64,000 nucleotides of DNA from Syntrophorhabdaceae bacterium (lineage in GTDB: Bacteria > Desulfobacterota > Syntrophorhabdia > Syntrophorhabdales > Syntrophorhabdaceae): contig CAXXUO010000001.1 in the NCBI GenBank assembly GCA_963666485.2, positions 512,001 to 576,000 of the forward strand, written 5' to 3'. How positions within the stretch are numbered: position 1 is the stretch's first letter; each line of letters opens with the position of its first letter. The position numbers and the translations under genes were made by a program. This document shows positions 18,221-29,465 of the stretch, in pieces. The notes under the pieces are model-generated. The model worked only from the letters and a program-made list of their open reading frames with translations. It searched no databases and was not told the DNA's origin.

Positions 18221-19714
18221 TTATTTCTCGCCGGTTTTCGCGGCTGAGAGCGGGAGTGCTTCTTCCGCCATCCTGACCAATTCCCAGTAGGGCGGCCTGT
18301 ATCCGTTCTTTTCTTCGAACAAGGCCGCTAAAGCAAGGACCCGCTGCTTCACCCGTTTGTGCTCATTCTCCAACTCCATGGCTTTCACGGCGATGCAGGC
18401 ACCCATACCCTCAGGAACAGGGCCCACACCACCGAAAAGATTGCGTACTGCGCTGTATGCCTTTGCGAGCCCTGCGGGAACGAGCAGGTATACGGGACAG
18501 GCAAACCTGTTGCCCTTGTCCGCCCCCTCGAGCATGGCATCGACAACGGCATCGTCAACATGCGCCTGCCAGAGGGTGTCCGGGTCGCGTCCTTCGGCTA
18601 CCACCGAGAGTTGAGGATCATATTCCAGGTCGGCGGGTGCCTCTGTCACGAAGTAACGGACACCGAAATCGCTGAGCCAGTTGACCACCCCCGGTGAGGA
18701 CATCGTCGTGAGAATCTGCCACAGGTCGATGCCGAAGGCGGAATACGCCTGTGACGCGACCTCGGAACAGAACTGCTCGGACGGGTCCTTGTAATCCATG
18801 GCGAAGTCATAAGGGATATGTCGTCTGCGCGCTTCATCATACGCCCATTGTGCAGCCCGGTGCGGAAGCATCGGGTCCTTTTCAAGAAACGGGTGGTCTG
18901 CCCTGAGCCTCAGCACCATAACGCGAAGCTTGACATCCTTCAAATATTCATCCACCGACGATATAACGACACCGCGTTCTATGTGTGCCTCGATAATGCC
19001 CGGTTTGCCTGTGGCCTCGTCTATATAAAGGAGTGCAACGTGCGAAAAATTACCGGGGTAGTCGTTGCCCCGGGCAATAAGGGCCGATGTCGGGGCGCCG
19101 CCCCGTGAAACCAGGATATCGCCGCTGTGGAGCTTAAGCCCGGAATGCTCGGCCGAAGGGGTGGCTGACGGCTCCTCTGTGCCCGGAAGCACCCGGGGAA
19201 GGGAATTTTGGGGGGCCTGGAGCATTACCTCTTCCAGGGCTATCCTGCCTCCATAGAGTATCCGGTAAAGCCGGTCCCGGACCTGCTTGTCTTTGACATC
19301 CCATCGGACCGATTGCCTCTTCAAAGCGGTCCGTGTTGACGCTATAAGAGCGGCGTACTCTTTGACGCGCCCGGGGCACGCCGCCATCAGCGGGCCAAGA
19401 GCGAAAAGGTTGGCCTCGATCTCGTCAAAGATCCGGTCGGCGGGTTTCAGTTCCGCGAGGGCCATACGCGCATACTGCTCACTGCCATCCTTAAGACGCT
19501 TATCTATCTCGGGGTCAGCATTTTTGCAGCCGGTGGAGCGAACATCCCGAAACCGTTTTTCCAGTGCCTGCCATAATTCGTTCTGGTCCCAGGCAAAGGC
19601 GGCGGCACCCGCCCCGGTGCTTTGAGGGGCATCCCCGGCAGCATGCGACAGGCTGATCAGAATTGATCCAAGAATGAAAAGACCGATCAATACAGGTCTT
19701 CTGGCGTACGTCAT
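18221..19714 (-). CDS. Exported permuted NlpC/P60 (YiiX/YebB-like) cysteine hydrolase
   Basis: Signal peptide; SGDILVSRG..FSHVAL (His) precedes PYDFAMD..FCSEV (Cys). Confidence 0.8.
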   Translation of the reverse strand: MTYARRPVLIGLFILGSILISLSHAAGDAPQSTGAGAAAFAWDQNELWQALEKRFRDVRSTGCKNADPEIDKRLKDGSEQYARMALAELKPADRIFDEIEANLFALGPLMAACPGRVKEYAALIASTRTALKRQSVRWDVKDKQVRDRLYRILYGGRIALEEVMLQAPQNSLPRVLPGTEEPSATPSAEHSGLKLHSGDILVSRGGAPTSALIARGNDYPGNFSHVALLYIDEATGKPGIIEAHIERGVVISSVDEYLKDVKLRVMVLRLRADHPFLEKDPMLPHRAAQWAYDEARRRHIPYDFAMDYKDPSEQFCSEVASQAYSAFGIDLWQILTTMSSPGVVNWLSDFGVRYFVTEAPADLEYDPQLSVVAEGRDPDTLWQAHVDDAVVDAMLEGADKGNRFACPVYLLVPAGLAKAYSAVRNLFGGVGPVPEGMGACIAVKAMELENEHKRVKQRVLALAALFEEKNGYRPPYWELVRMAEEALPLSAAKTGEK

Positions 19715-20039
19715 GGCACCCCCCTTACCGGCTTTAAGGCCTCTGCGACAACCCTCTCATCCGTCATCATGAGCGGTCAATCTACATTATCCTGACAGCG
19801 GCCATGTCTGCAATAAGAAATTAGGTTGCGAAATGTGATGGAAGAGTACACCCCGTTTGTGGGCCCGCCGGATAAACAGTATGACAGCAAAACATTAACG
19901 CAAGGCAAAACAAGATCGAATTAAACACACACCCCGAAAATTATAGAGAAAATTTTCTTGCATAGTACCCGTATTCTGATTGAAAATAAACCGCGGGCCG
20001 GATGTCCCGCACACTATCTAATTTCCGGGAGGACGTGGT

Positions 20040-20339
20040 ATGAGTAAATATTTTCACCGTTTTTGCATTGCAATATTTGTCTTTGCAGCGGCAGCGTTGA
20101 TCTTTGCAGTGCCTTACGTACAGCTGGCATCTGCCGAGGACATTCCGAAAACAGAAAAAGCCGGTAAAACGGGAAGTTCCGCCGAGACAAAAATGATGAA
20201 CAAACAGGAGAAGACGCCGAAGGTCAAGACAATGGGCAACGGAGCGGACAAGGCGAAGGTCAAGACCGGCGCAGAGGCCAAGGGCGGGGATGATGTTACC
20301 CTGAAAAAAGGCGGAAAGGCGACAGCTCCCGCAAAATAA
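20040..20339 (+). CDS. Small secreted Lys-rich low-complexity protein
   Basis: GGAGG RBS, signal peptide, K/T/A/G-rich mature part. Confidence 0.65.
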   Translation: MSKYFHRFCIAIFVFAAAALIFAVPYVQLASAEDIPKTEKAGKTGSSAETKMMNKQEKTPKVKTMGNGADKAKVKTGAEAKGGDDVTLKKGGKATAPAK

Positions 20340-20375
20340 GATCAACGCGCGATGTCGGAAGATCAAGGGGATGAT

Positions 20376-20579
20376 ATGAAAACATTTCTTACAGCGATCA
20401 TCATATGTTTTTTATTTTTCACCTTCACGTGCACATCCTTCGGCATGATGAAAAGCACGGGCATCGTAAAACCGGGTGATAAAACAAAAACGACCAAAGC
20501 AACCGAGGATAAGAAAGACCCCAAAGACGCGACAAAGGGAAAGAAAGTAGAGCAAAAAGAGCAACAGAAGATAAAATAA
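20376..20579 (+). CDS. Small secreted Lys-rich protein
   Basis: Signal peptide MKTFLTAIIICFLFF; ends KGKKVEQKEQQKIK. Confidence 0.6.
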   Translation: MKTFLTAIIICFLFFTFTCTSFGMMKSTGIVKPGDKTKTTKATEDKKDPKDATKGKKVEQKEQQKIK

Positions 20580-20612
20580 ATTCAGGACCGCACAAAAGAG
20601 GAGGAAGAGATC

Positions 20613-20849
20613 ATGAAGAAAGTATGTATCGTATTGGTTGCCCTGTTCGTATTCGTCGCATTCGCAAGCGCTTCATTCGCGGCCACAGCCAAGAAGGTCG
20701 CGACTGACAATCCTGAAAATGCAAAACAGGGGTTCGTGCCCGACAAGACAAAAGCAGTCCCTGCGAAAGACACGGAACCGAAAGCGAAGGTAGACAAAAC
20801 AAATACGGGGAAAAAGATCGAAAAGAAAGAAGAACAGAAAAAGAAATAA
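20613..20849 (+). CDS. Small secreted Lys-rich protein
   Basis: GAGGAGG RBS; signal ending ASASFA; ends TGKKIEKKEEQKKK. Confidence 0.7.
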   Translation: MKKVCIVLVALFVFVAFASASFAATAKKVATDNPENAKQGFVPDKTKAVPAKDTEPKAKVDKTNTGKKIEKKEEQKKK

Positions 20850-20869
20850 CAGGTACGATTGCCTGATCG

Positions 20870-20902
20870 AACCGCCGGCTACTTCCGCCGGCGGTTTTTT
20901 TC
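20870..20902 (+). terminator. Intrinsic terminator
   Basis: AACCGCCGGC-TACTTCC-GCCGGCGGTT followed by a T-tract. Confidence 0.8.
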
Positions 20903-20919
20903 TGCCTGTAAGGCGGCCA

Positions 20920-21927
20920 TTATGTAAGCCTGAATAATTTGAATATGAGCATGCACAGCGCCCCGACGATTGCGGACGCCGGTATCGTGATGAACCAGGC
21001 GACGACCACTCCTCCCGCGACACCCCAGCGCACCGCGGAAAAACGCTTTGATGACCCGACCCCGAGCAGGGACGACGTTGTGACCTGGGTCGTGCTTATA
21101 GGGGCCCCGAAGAGCGATGCTGTAAAAATGACGCCCGCGGTCGCGCTCTGCGACGCAAAGCCATGGACCGGGCGCATCCGCAAGATCTTCTGCCCCATCG
21201 TCTTGATGATCCTCCACCCGCCGTTCAAGGTGCCCATCATGATGACCGCCGCGCAGGCGATCTTTACCCATACCGGAATGTAAAGCACGGGTATCTTGTG
21301 GAAAATAAACAATGCCAGGGCGATTATGCCCATGGTCTTCTGGGCGTCGTTCATCCCGTGGCTTACCGACATGCCGGCAGCCGCGACGACCTGGAGGTTC
21401 TTGAAAATGGTGTTCGCGCTCTTGAACCGCATCCCGAGGCTGATCCATGCGAGAATAAGCATAAAAACATACCCCGCAATAAACCCGGCTACAGGGGACA
21501 GGAACAGGGGGAGAATAACCTTATACGTGATGGATGAATATTCAAGCGAGTTCCATCCGCTCTTTACGACAGCAGCACCGATAAGCCCGCCGATCAGTGC
21601 ATGGGATGAAGACGAGGGAAGACCAACGTGCCAGGTAAACAGGTTCCACAGGATCGCACCGGACAGTGCGGCAAGCAGGATAGTCTGGCTCCCCAGGATC
21701 ATCTCCGGGCTGACAATGCCCTTCCCGATCGTTTCGGCAACGTGCGTACCGAGAAAGGCGCCGGCAAAATTAAGGACCCCCGACATGATGACCGCGGTCC
21801 GGGGAGACAGCACGCGCGTTGAAACGACAGAGGCGATGGCATTGGCGCTGTCGTGCGCACCGTTCGTATAGTCGAAGACCAGCGCGACGATCACAATGAT
21901 CACGAGGAGCGCCGTCGATTCAGGCAT
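20920..21927 (-). CDS. pit: Inorganic phosphate transporter (PiT family)
   Basis: NGAHDSANAIA, GLPSSSSHALIGG, SHGMNDAQKTMG, PISTTQ. Confidence 0.93.
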   Translation of the reverse strand: MPESTALLVIIVIVALVFDYTNGAHDSANAIASVVSTRVLSPRTAVIMSGVLNFAGAFLGTHVAETIGKGIVSPEMILGSQTILLAALSGAILWNLFTWHVGLPSSSSHALIGGLIGAAVVKSGWNSLEYSSITYKVILPLFLSPVAGFIAGYVFMLILAWISLGMRFKSANTIFKNLQVVAAAGMSVSHGMNDAQKTMGIIALALFIFHKIPVLYIPVWVKIACAAVIMMGTLNGGWRIIKTMGQKILRMRPVHGFASQSATAGVIFTASLFGAPISTTQVTTSSLLGVGSSKRFSAVRWGVAGGVVVAWFITIPASAIVGALCMLIFKLFRLT

Positions 21928-22549
21928 TCTTGATGCTTACCCCTTCGATGATATTGGCAAGTGTCCCGGCCTTGTTCAGTGCCCGCTCGATCCGGTTGTA
22001 GATCTGGTTCCACATGAGGACCTGCAGGACCTCCTTGCTGTCCAGGGGATTGGAGTCGTAGATCTCGGCGAGCGCCATAAGGAGCTGCATCTCCGACTGG
22101 TTGGTTATTGCGATGATGTTCTTGGAATGTTGTTCGGTTGCCTTTTTGCTGCCGAGCTTGTGCAGCATGATCTCCGTCTCTTCGACGATCTCCCGCAGGT
22201 TCTCGACGAGCTCCACGGCGCTCGGCTTGACCGTGCCGAAGCGGTAGAGGCCGATACGGGAGGCGACCGATTTTATCGCATTCAGGACGTCCTCCTGCCC
22301 CATATTGATCGCATGGATGTCTTCACGATCGAGGGGGGTTATGAATGAAAGGGAAAGCTGCGATGAGATCTCACGGGAAAGGTCGTCCCCTTCGATCTCG
22401 AGATTGATTATTTTTTCGCATTTCTCGGAAACGCCCGTAAAATCCTTGAAGATAGAATCAAGGACAATGGCGGCATCCTTGACTATATTGCTCTGTTTTT
22501 CAAACAAGTCGAAGAATTTAGATACTTTCGGAAAGAATCTCGGGCTCAT
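21920..22549 (-). CDS. DUF47 / Pit accessory protein (PhoU-like)
   Basis: FFDLFE, LE.EGD, SFITPLDREDI; overlaps the pit start. Confidence 0.9.
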   Translation of the reverse strand: MSPRFFPKVSKFFDLFEKQSNIVKDAAIVLDSIFKDFTGVSEKCEKIINLEIEGDDLSREISSQLSLSFITPLDREDIHAINMGQEDVLNAIKSVASRIGLYRFGTVKPSAVELVENLREIVEETEIMLHKLGSKKATEQHSKNIIAITNQSEMQLLMALAEIYDSNPLDSKEVLQVLMWNQIYNRIERALNKAGTLANIIEGVSIKNA

Positions 22550-22792
22550 AGCAGGTCATCCTTACAGTTTCTCAGCACATACAACGGGCAGTTCAATTTC
22601 AGGTCCGGGATACGGTATATTTCAGCTTTTTTTGAGGCGGCAATCAATATAATTTTTCAACGATGTTTAATGCCATGTTATCCTTGACCATTTTTTTTAT
22701 CAATACTAGAATGTCGTCAATCAAATATCGTTTTGTGGTCATTTACGTGCGTCGCGCATACAGGCCAAAAATTACCGTTGCCGGAGGGGTAC

Positions 22793-23959
22793 ATGGAAAT
22801 GTCTTTTTATAACAAACAGATACGCCATATGAGTCGTTATATTTTCATTGCGCTCCTCGTAACTGCCCTTTTTACCGTGCCCGGCGTAAGACCCGTCCAT
22901 GCCGACCCCCTGCTCGACGAGATAGTGCAATTTTCCGGCGAGATGTTCGGGGCCCAGCACAATGTGCCTGCCGTCATCATCGCCGTGGTACACAAGGACA
23001 AGACCTCTATCCGCGGATTCGGCGAACGCGCCGGCAAGGATAGCAAGCCCCCGGACGGCAATACGATATTGAGGATCGGCTCCATCACCAAGGCGTTTGA
23101 CGGCGAGGTCCTTGCCCATCTCGCCGCCAGGAATATCGTACAGTTTACTGACCCGGTCACAAAGGCCTGGCCTGAGCTTGCCGTGAATGCGAAGGCCAAC
23201 GTCGGGCAGATCCGCTTCATCGACCTCGTGACACATTCCGCCGGATTGCCCCGGGAGCTTCCCCTTGACCCGCAGGCAAAGGGGCCGGTAACGATTGACG
23301 CATACACCGGGTGGTTCAAGCAAAATAGACTTCTTTTCGAGCCGGGCAGATCGGTACACTACTCGAATGTCGGGTTCGACCTGCTTGCCGTCGGATTATC
23401 GAAGGCAGCGAATAAACCTTTTGCCAGTCTCCTGCAGCACTATGTGACCGGCCCTTTAGGCATGAAGGATACCGTATTTGTCCTTTCCCCGGAGCAACGG
23501 CAACGGCTCATGCAGGGCCATGACCCCGACGGGGCGCTTATACCGGACACAACCCCTCCTCCCGTAAATTACGGGGCAGGGGCCCTGTATTCAACAGCGG
23601 ATGATCTCGTGAAATGGATGCGCTGGCATCTCGACCGTTTCGGCCGGAAAGATGCCGAAGCCCGGCTGCTCAGCCATGCCCTCTATCTGCCGCATGACGG
23701 GCTTCAACTCGTGTCAGGGTTCGACGAATCGGGGCCGATGGATGCCATGGGGCTCGGGTGGGTCGCCATGATGCCGGCCGGCAACCGGCCGTACATTCTC
23801 CAGAAGAGCGGTGCATTGCAGGGAACGATCAGTTATATCGCCTTTTCGCCTGCGCGGGACACGGCGGTCTTCGTCGCAATCAATAAATTCGACTTCGGCG
23901 CCGCTGCGGCAATGGTAAAACTGGCCAACAACCTTATAACAACATTGGCCCAGCGCTGA
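22793..23959 (+). CDS. ampH: Serine hydrolase, AmpH / class C beta-lactamase-like peptidase
   Basis: RIGSITK (SxxK), YSN, LQKSG; signal peptide; GGAGG RBS before ATG 22793. Confidence 0.75.
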   Translation: MEMSFYNKQIRHMSRYIFIALLVTALFTVPGVRPVHADPLLDEIVQFSGEMFGAQHNVPAVIIAVVHKDKTSIRGFGERAGKDSKPPDGNTILRIGSITKAFDGEVLAHLAARNIVQFTDPVTKAWPELAVNAKANVGQIRFIDLVTHSAGLPRELPLDPQAKGPVTIDAYTGWFKQNRLLFEPGRSVHYSNVGFDLLAVGLSKAANKPFASLLQHYVTGPLGMKDTVFVLSPEQRQRLMQGHDPDGALIPDTTPPPVNYGAGALYSTADDLVKWMRWHLDRFGRKDAEARLLSHALYLPHDGLQLVSGFDESGPMDAMGLGWVAMMPAGNRPYILQKSGALQGTISYIAFSPARDTAVFVAINKFDFGAAAAMVKLANNLITTLAQR

Positions 23960-24037
23960 CGCGTATTTCTCGTTATTGAAGTCAGAATAAAAATGGCGTC
24001 GGGAATGGCCACGCCTGCCTTCCCAAACGTGCCGCAG

Positions 24038-27000
24038 CTATCTGTCCAGGATCTCCCTGACCTTTGCAAGCAGATCGTCCGGCACAATTGGCTTGGCAAT
24101 GAAATCAACCTGCCCTTCTTCAACGCCCTTGTCGAGAATGATGTCCTTCGTATAACCGCTCATGAACAGGACTTTCACCGGCACATTCAGGTTTCGTATG
24201 GCGTCATAGGTTTCCCGCCCATTTTTCCTGGGCATGACAGAGTCGAGGACCATGAGGTCGACATCCGGGTGCCGCGTAAAGATGTCTATGGCATCCTGAC
24301 CGTCCGCAGCTTCGAGAACGGTATACCCATGATGGGTAAGTATCTCTTTCAAAAGGAGCCTTACCCCCGTATCGTCCTCGGCAACCAGAATGGTCTCTGT
24401 TCCTGTGTTGGCTTTTGGCGATCCGGAGAAGACCTGAGTTTCTTTCTGCTCGGTGTTTTCGGCCACAGGGAAGTAGATAAAGAACCTTGTCCCTTTTCGG
24501 ATTTCGCTCTGCACATCGATGTAACCCTTATGTTGTTTCACGATGCCATAGACGGTCGCCAATCCGAGGCCCGTCCCCCTGCCGGGCTCTTTGGTGGTAA
24601 AGAATGGATCGAACAATCTTTCCCTCGTGGATTCCTCTATGCCCGAACCCGTATCGGACACGATCAGGCGGGCATATTTTCCGGGAATACCGAATCCATG
24701 AGATTCGATAAACCTGCTTTCTATTTCAAACAGTCGGGTTTCGATCGTGAGGACCCCCCCGTTCTTCATGGCGTCCCTGGCGTTCGTGGCGAGGTTGAAA
24801 AGTATCTGGTCGATCTGGGTGGCGTCGGCCAGGATTATCACGTCTTCGGGAATGAGCGATATTGCCAGCTCAATATCTTCCGTGAGGAGCCTTTTCAGGA
24901 GCTTCTCGGTCCCCTTGATGCAGTCATTGATGTTGATCGGGGCAAGGGTGATGGGCTGCTTCCTGCTGAAGGCGAGCAGGCTGCGGGTCAGATTTGTCGC
25001 CTTCTCAGCGGCTGAAAGTATTTTGTCCACATAGTGTTTCAAGGGGTCTGTCTGCATATTCAACTGGAGAATGGTCCCGAATCCCATGATGACAGTGAGA
25101 ATATTATTGAAATCATGGGCAATCCCGCCTGCAAGGGTGCCGATGGCCTCCATCTTTTGGGCTTGCCGGAGCTGGGATTGGAGTTTCGCCTCTTCCGTTA
25201 TATCTCTTTTGAGCGCGATATACCCCGTGAGTTGACCGGAGGAATTAATGAAAGGGCTTATGATCGCCGCTTCCTGGATAAGAGAACCATCTTTTCGCCT
25301 GTTCGTGACCTGACCGGTCCAGACCATGCCGCTCTTTATCGTCTTCCAGAGATTGTCGTAAAAAGCCTTATCATGAACACCGCTTTTGACTATCCGCGGC
25401 GTCTGGCCTATCGCCTCGGCGCGCGTGTACCCGGTGATCTTCTCGAAAGCCGGGTTCACGTACTGGATAACACCATCGAGGTCAGTAACAATGACATCTT
25501 CGGCCGACTGCTCGATCGCCGTGCTGAGGCGTTTTAATTCTTCTTCCGTTTTGAGCCGATCGGTAATATCGAGCACTGTACCGATAACGGCCGGTCTTGC
25601 CTGGTAAAAGGTTTGGGAACCATAGACCTCCACGTGCTTGAGCGTTCCGTCCCTGGCCCAGGCGCGAAACTGGTAACGTTTGGATTTCACGTCTCCCGAC
25701 GTCCTCTGGCGCACACTCTCCATCACCAGGGGCAGGTCCTCGTGAAAGATCACGTCCTGCAAGGTCAGGCGATCGACTATTTCCGAAGGTATGTACCCGA
25801 ACGTCGCGGCGAACTCCGCATTGACGTACTTGAATAGTCCATCCTGGTACAGGTAGATGCCTACCACGGATTTTTCCGCCAGGTCCCTGAACTTTCCTTC
25901 CGATTCGAGGAGCGCCTGCTCGGCCCTCTTTCGTTCGGTAACGTCGAGCAGGACACCGTTGAATACAATCTCGCGCCCGCTTGACGTGGGATTTGCGAGA
26001 CCGAGGAACCAGATAGTTTCGCCTGAATCTTTTATGAACCTGCCCTCGTAGTTCCATGGCTTTACGTCCTTAACAGCGTCTGTGATGGACGCGGCGAAAG
26101 ACCCGATACACTCGGGTGCGATCCTCGCGGAAAACCGCTCGAAAAAATCGTCCGGGTCGCTTTTCAGCCCGAAGGTACGCTGAGCGCTTTCGCTGACATA
26201 ATAAAGCCCCATTGTACCGCCTGGACGGGCATAGAACTGATAGACCACACCGGGGATGTTTTCCGCCGTGTCCCGCAACTGCACCTCGCGCTGCCGGAGC
26301 AACTCCTCGGTCCGCTTGAGTTCCGTAATGTCGGTCGCCGTGTTGATATGGGTCCCGCCGGGTGCCCGGGTTGCCTGCATAAGGATATCCCGGACCACCC
26401 CATCCTTGCGCACCCATTTTGTTTCAGCGACTCCCTGCGTATACAGGAGTTTTCCGGCCCGCTCATATTCCGCCGGGCTTTCGTAAAGGAACAGGGGATT
26501 CCGGCCTATGAGGTCCTTAAGGCCGTAACCTGTGATCTCGCACATTCTCTCATTTGCCCATTCCAGCATCCTGTCTCTTGCTCGGGCTATCCCGATGGGT
26601 GAGGCGAGAAGGATCGCCCTTAGCTGCTGCTCCGAAACGGCAAGTTGGGCTTCCGCCTGTTTGCGCTCGGTCATGTCGCGCACTATCGCCTGCAAATATA
26701 CAGCGCCATCGAGATCGAACCGGTTGAGGCTTACCTCGGTATCGAACGCCGTTCCGTCCAACCTTTGATGCCTCCACTCAAAGGTTTGAGGACTGCCTGC
26801 CAGAGCAAGGTTCATTTTTTCGATAGCCTTCATGCGGGAAGGTGTCCCGTCGGGCTGGACCCCGGGCGAGAAATCGATTGGTGAGCGACCGATAATATCG
26901 TCCTTGCCGCACCCGAACATGTTGAGCGTCTTACCGTTGCAATCCAGAAAAAGGTGGTCCTTCATCGTGAAGATGGCGTCATGTGCCGAATCAAAGAGCG

Positions 27001-27772
27001 TTCGAAATTTGAGCTCGTTCTCACGCAAGGCCTGCTCGGCCCGTTTACGCTCCGTTATGTCCCGCAAGAGCCCCCTGACACCGGCGGGTTGTCCTTCTTT
27101 ATCAATTATAAGCCGGCCCGACAGAGATGCGTGCCGCTCCGCCCCGTCTTTCTTTTTCAGCAACAGTTCATAGTCGTGGACGTATCCTTTCTCTGAAAGC
27201 TTCGACAGGAAATACCGCCGGTCGTCCGGATCGACATAAGCGTCGATGTCCGGTTTACCGATAAGATCTTCCTTGTTCCACCCCGTCAGACGGGTAACCG
27301 ACGGCGACAAAACCGTGATCTTGCCCTCCGCATCCGTCTCAAAATAAAGATCTTCTATTGTTTCGAAGATCTCCTTGAATTTTGCCTCGCTTATTTTCAG
27401 ATCAGCTTCCGCGCGCCTGCGATCGGTAATATCGAGCAGTATCCCGATGATCGCAGGCTCCCCTTTATATGTGGTCGCGGAGCTATAGACCTCGACGCTC
27501 TTAACATCGCCTCCCTTTGCGAGTATCCTGAATTCATAGTGGTGAAACGGCACCTGGCCCGATATCCTCCCGTGCAGACTGTCCTTTACAAGGGGCCAGT
27601 CCCCGGGAAAGATCACGTCATCCACCCTGAGATTATCAACCGCTTCTTCGGCCGTATACCCGAATATTTCGGCACATCGTGAATTGATGTACTTTAATAG
27701 ACCGTCATCCCGCATGACGTAGAAACCGGCGAGAGAATTCTCGGCCAGGTCCAGGAAATTTAGTTCAAACAT
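24038..27772 (-). CDS. Soluble multi-PAS hybrid sensor histidine kinase / response regulator
   Basis: About seven PAS/PAC units ending DITxRKx[38 protein letters not shown]-terminal REC domain (LDSVMP..FIAKP). Confidence 0.93.
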   Translation of the reverse strand: MFELNFLDLAENSLAGFYVMRDDGLLKYINSRCAEIFGYTAEEAVDNLRVDDVIFPGDWPLVKDSLHGRISGQVPFHHYEFRILAKGGDVKSVEVYSSATTYKGEPAIIGILLDITDRRRAEADLKISEAKFKEIFETIEDLYFETDAEGKITVLSPSVTRLTGWNKEDLIGKPDIDAYVDPDDRRYFLSKLSEKGYVHDYELLLKKKDGAERHASLSGRLIIDKEGQPAGVRGLLRDITERKRAEQALRENELKFRTLFDSAHDAIFTMKDHLFLDCNGKTLNMFGCGKDDIIGRSPIDFSPGVQPDGTPSRMKAIEKMNLALAGSPQTFEWRHQRLDGTAFDTEVSLNRFDLDGAVYLQAIVRDMTERKQAEAQLAVSEQQLRAILLASPIGIARARDRMLEWANERMCEITGYGLKDLIGRNPLFLYESPAEYERAGKLLYTQGVAETKWVRKDGVVRDILMQATRAPGGTHINTATDITELKRTEELLRQREVQLRDTAENIPGVVYQFYARPGGTMGLYYVSESAQRTFGLKSDPDDFFERFSARIAPECIGSFAASITDAVKDVKPWNYEGRFIKDSGETIWFLGLANPTSSGREIVFNGVLLDVTERKRAEQALLESEGKFRDLAEKSVVGIYLYQDGLFKYVNAEFAATFGYIPSEIVDRLTLQDVIFHEDLPLVMESVRQRTSGDVKSKRYQFRAWARDGTLKHVEVYGSQTFYQARPAVIGTVLDITDRLKTEEELKRLSTAIEQSAEDVIVTDLDGVIQYVNPAFEKITGYTRAEAIGQTPRIVKSGVHDKAFYDNLWKTIKSGMVWTGQVTNRRKDGSLIQEAAIISPFINSSGQLTGYIALKRDITEEAKLQSQLRQAQKMEAIGTLAGGIAHDFNNILTVIMGFGTILQLNMQTDPLKHYVDKILSAAEKATNLTRSLLAFSRKQPITLAPININDCIKGTEKLLKRLLTEDIELAISLIPEDVIILADATQIDQILFNLATNARDAMKNGGVLTIETRLFEIESRFIESHGFGIPGKYARLIVSDTGSGIEESTRERLFDPFFTTKEPGRGTGLGLATVYGIVKQHKGYIDVQSEIRKGTRFFIYFPVAENTEQKETQVFSGSPKANTGTETILVAEDDTGVRLLLKEILTHHGYTVLEAADGQDAIDIFTRHPDVDLMVLDSVMPRKNGRETYDAIRNLNVPVKVLFMSGYTKDIILDKGVEEGQVDFIAKPIVPDDLLAKVREILDR

Positions 27773-27988
27773 ATAAGAGGCCTCCCGTTTTGACAGCAGG
27801 AGTATGGGATGTTCAATACATTGAAATTATTCTGAATATTTATCGGGCTGTCAAGCGCAATCTTCCATTCGGACGGATGCACGCATCGGCAACCGGTAGG
27901 CGGACAATCATATGCCGGCATCGGTCCATTCACCATGACAGGCTGTTGTCATCGTGACCTGCTATACTGCCTGTATAAAGGAGGTCGC

Positions 27989-28171
27989 ATGCCCCGATAT
28001 ACATTTAAGTTGAGCGGCCTTGAACCCCTGACCGTTGATGCTCCCGATCTCCTAAAAGCCCTGGAAAAGGCCGGGGTTTCCAGGGACGAGGAGTATGAAC
28101 TTACTGAAGAGGATGATCCCTGGGAGATATTTTTTCTTGCAGCCATTCTCGACGAAACGTTTGACCCGTAG
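27989..28171 (+). CDS. Small hypothetical protein
   Basis: AAGGAGG RBS; 60 aa. Confidence 0.55.
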   Translation: MPRYTFKLSGLEPLTVDAPDLLKALEKAGVSRDEEYELTEEDDPWEIFFLAAILDETFDP

Positions 28172-28182
28172 CGGGGAATCTT

Positions 28183-28425
28183 ATGAAAAGAATTACACTT
28201 TGTATTCTTATGGCAGCCTTGATAATTACCGGCCTGGCAAGCGGCGGAGAGGCCAGGGGCACCAAAAGGATCTACGATAAGGACTGGCGGCTCAAGGGAT
28301 ATATCCGGGATGACGGGAGCGGAACGAAGAAGATCTATGATAGGAACTGGAATACTCAAGGTTATATTCGCGATGACACAATATACGACAACACCTGGAA
28401 CCGGACGGGAAGGATCGAAAAATGA
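28183..28425 (+). CDS. Small secreted beta-hairpin-repeat protein
   Basis: Signal peptide; three IYDxxWxxxGxI repeats. Confidence 0.65.
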   Translation: MKRITLCILMAALIITGLASGGEARGTKRIYDKDWRLKGYIRDDGSGTKKIYDRNWNTQGYIRDDTIYDNTWNRTGRIEK

Positions 28426-28489
28426 ACCTGCCCCCGTCACGGAGTCTTTTGGGGGGAATTCCTGCAAGACCTCAGCTTCGATCAATAGA

Positions 28490-28897
28490 TCATAAGGCGA
28501 AATTGCCCAGTCTTTCTGGCTGGTATATGATCTCTTCGATCTGTATCTTCACGGTGCCTGTGGGCAGGTCCCACGTCAGTATGTCCCCTTCCCTGTAGCC
28601 TATCAGGGCAATGCCCATAGGTGAGAGTATGGAAACGGCCTTGCCGTTCATGCCCTCCTTGCCGGGGAACACGAGAATGAGGGCATGCTCTTCACCCGTA
28701 TTTACATCCTTTACCCGGACAATGGAGTTCATCGTGACGATGTCACCCGGGACTTCCCTGGGTTCTACCACGGTAGCCTGCTTGAGCTCATTTTCGAGCT
28801 TTTCAAGGTACGGCGCTTCGGACGCGCTGCTCGTTTCTATAAGAGCGCGAAGCCTCTCGAGGTCATACCGGTTTATGTAGATCTTCCTTTCCGACAT
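28490..28897 (-). CDS. rnk: Regulator of nucleoside diphosphate kinase (Rnk, GreA/B family)
   Basis: DLERL..L, L..EL..A.VV, VPGDIVTMNS, LVFP, VSILSPMGIALIGY. Confidence 0.88.
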   Translation of the reverse strand: MSERKIYINRYDLERLRALIETSSASEAPYLEKLENELKQATVVEPREVPGDIVTMNSIVRVKDVNTGEEHALILVFPGKEGMNGKAVSILSPMGIALIGYREGDILTWDLPTGTVKIQIEEIIYQPERLGNFAL

Positions 28898-29465
28898 GTC
28901 AGGGTTTCCTGGAACTGTATGTTCTTGCCTGGCGATCAACCACTGCAGCAATACGTTTCATTCGCCGTCGCCGTATCATTGTATCGACCCTCTCGCAAAC
29001 ACACCAACGGCCTGCTATGTTAAGAAACGGCCGGCGAAAAACCTGATCTCTAGAAATTTCTTTCGAGGGCGGATCTCAGGATGTGAGTTAGATGCGCGGT
29101 GCGGCGGTTTTCAGCCTCAAAAGCCAGGTACATCATGCCTCATAATTAGCACAAAACAGGCCGGCCTGTCAAAAGGGCCGCCGCCGGGACCGCGGGGTTA
29201 TTTGGCCGCAAACCCGCCAACCGCGCTGCGGTATAAAGACCTGTACAGTCCCGGCACGTGCCATGGGAAAACACGGTTTCGGGGTTTGTTTTTGAACGTT
29301 TTCTATTTCCACTTTTTTTGAATTGGCGATACGCAAAAGAAACAGGAATGTTCAAGAGAAAAGTAAGGCAACGGGTGATGGAATAGCCGGTACCACGCAA
29401 CACGAGCAAGGAAATGTTGTCTGGGACCGACTATTCCAGGGTTCAAGCGGCAGCGGAAGATGCTG

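Noticed and set aside
22660..22690. Possible Pho box upstream of the DUF47/pit genes
   Set aside because: Half-sites are degenerate and 12 bp apart rather than 11.
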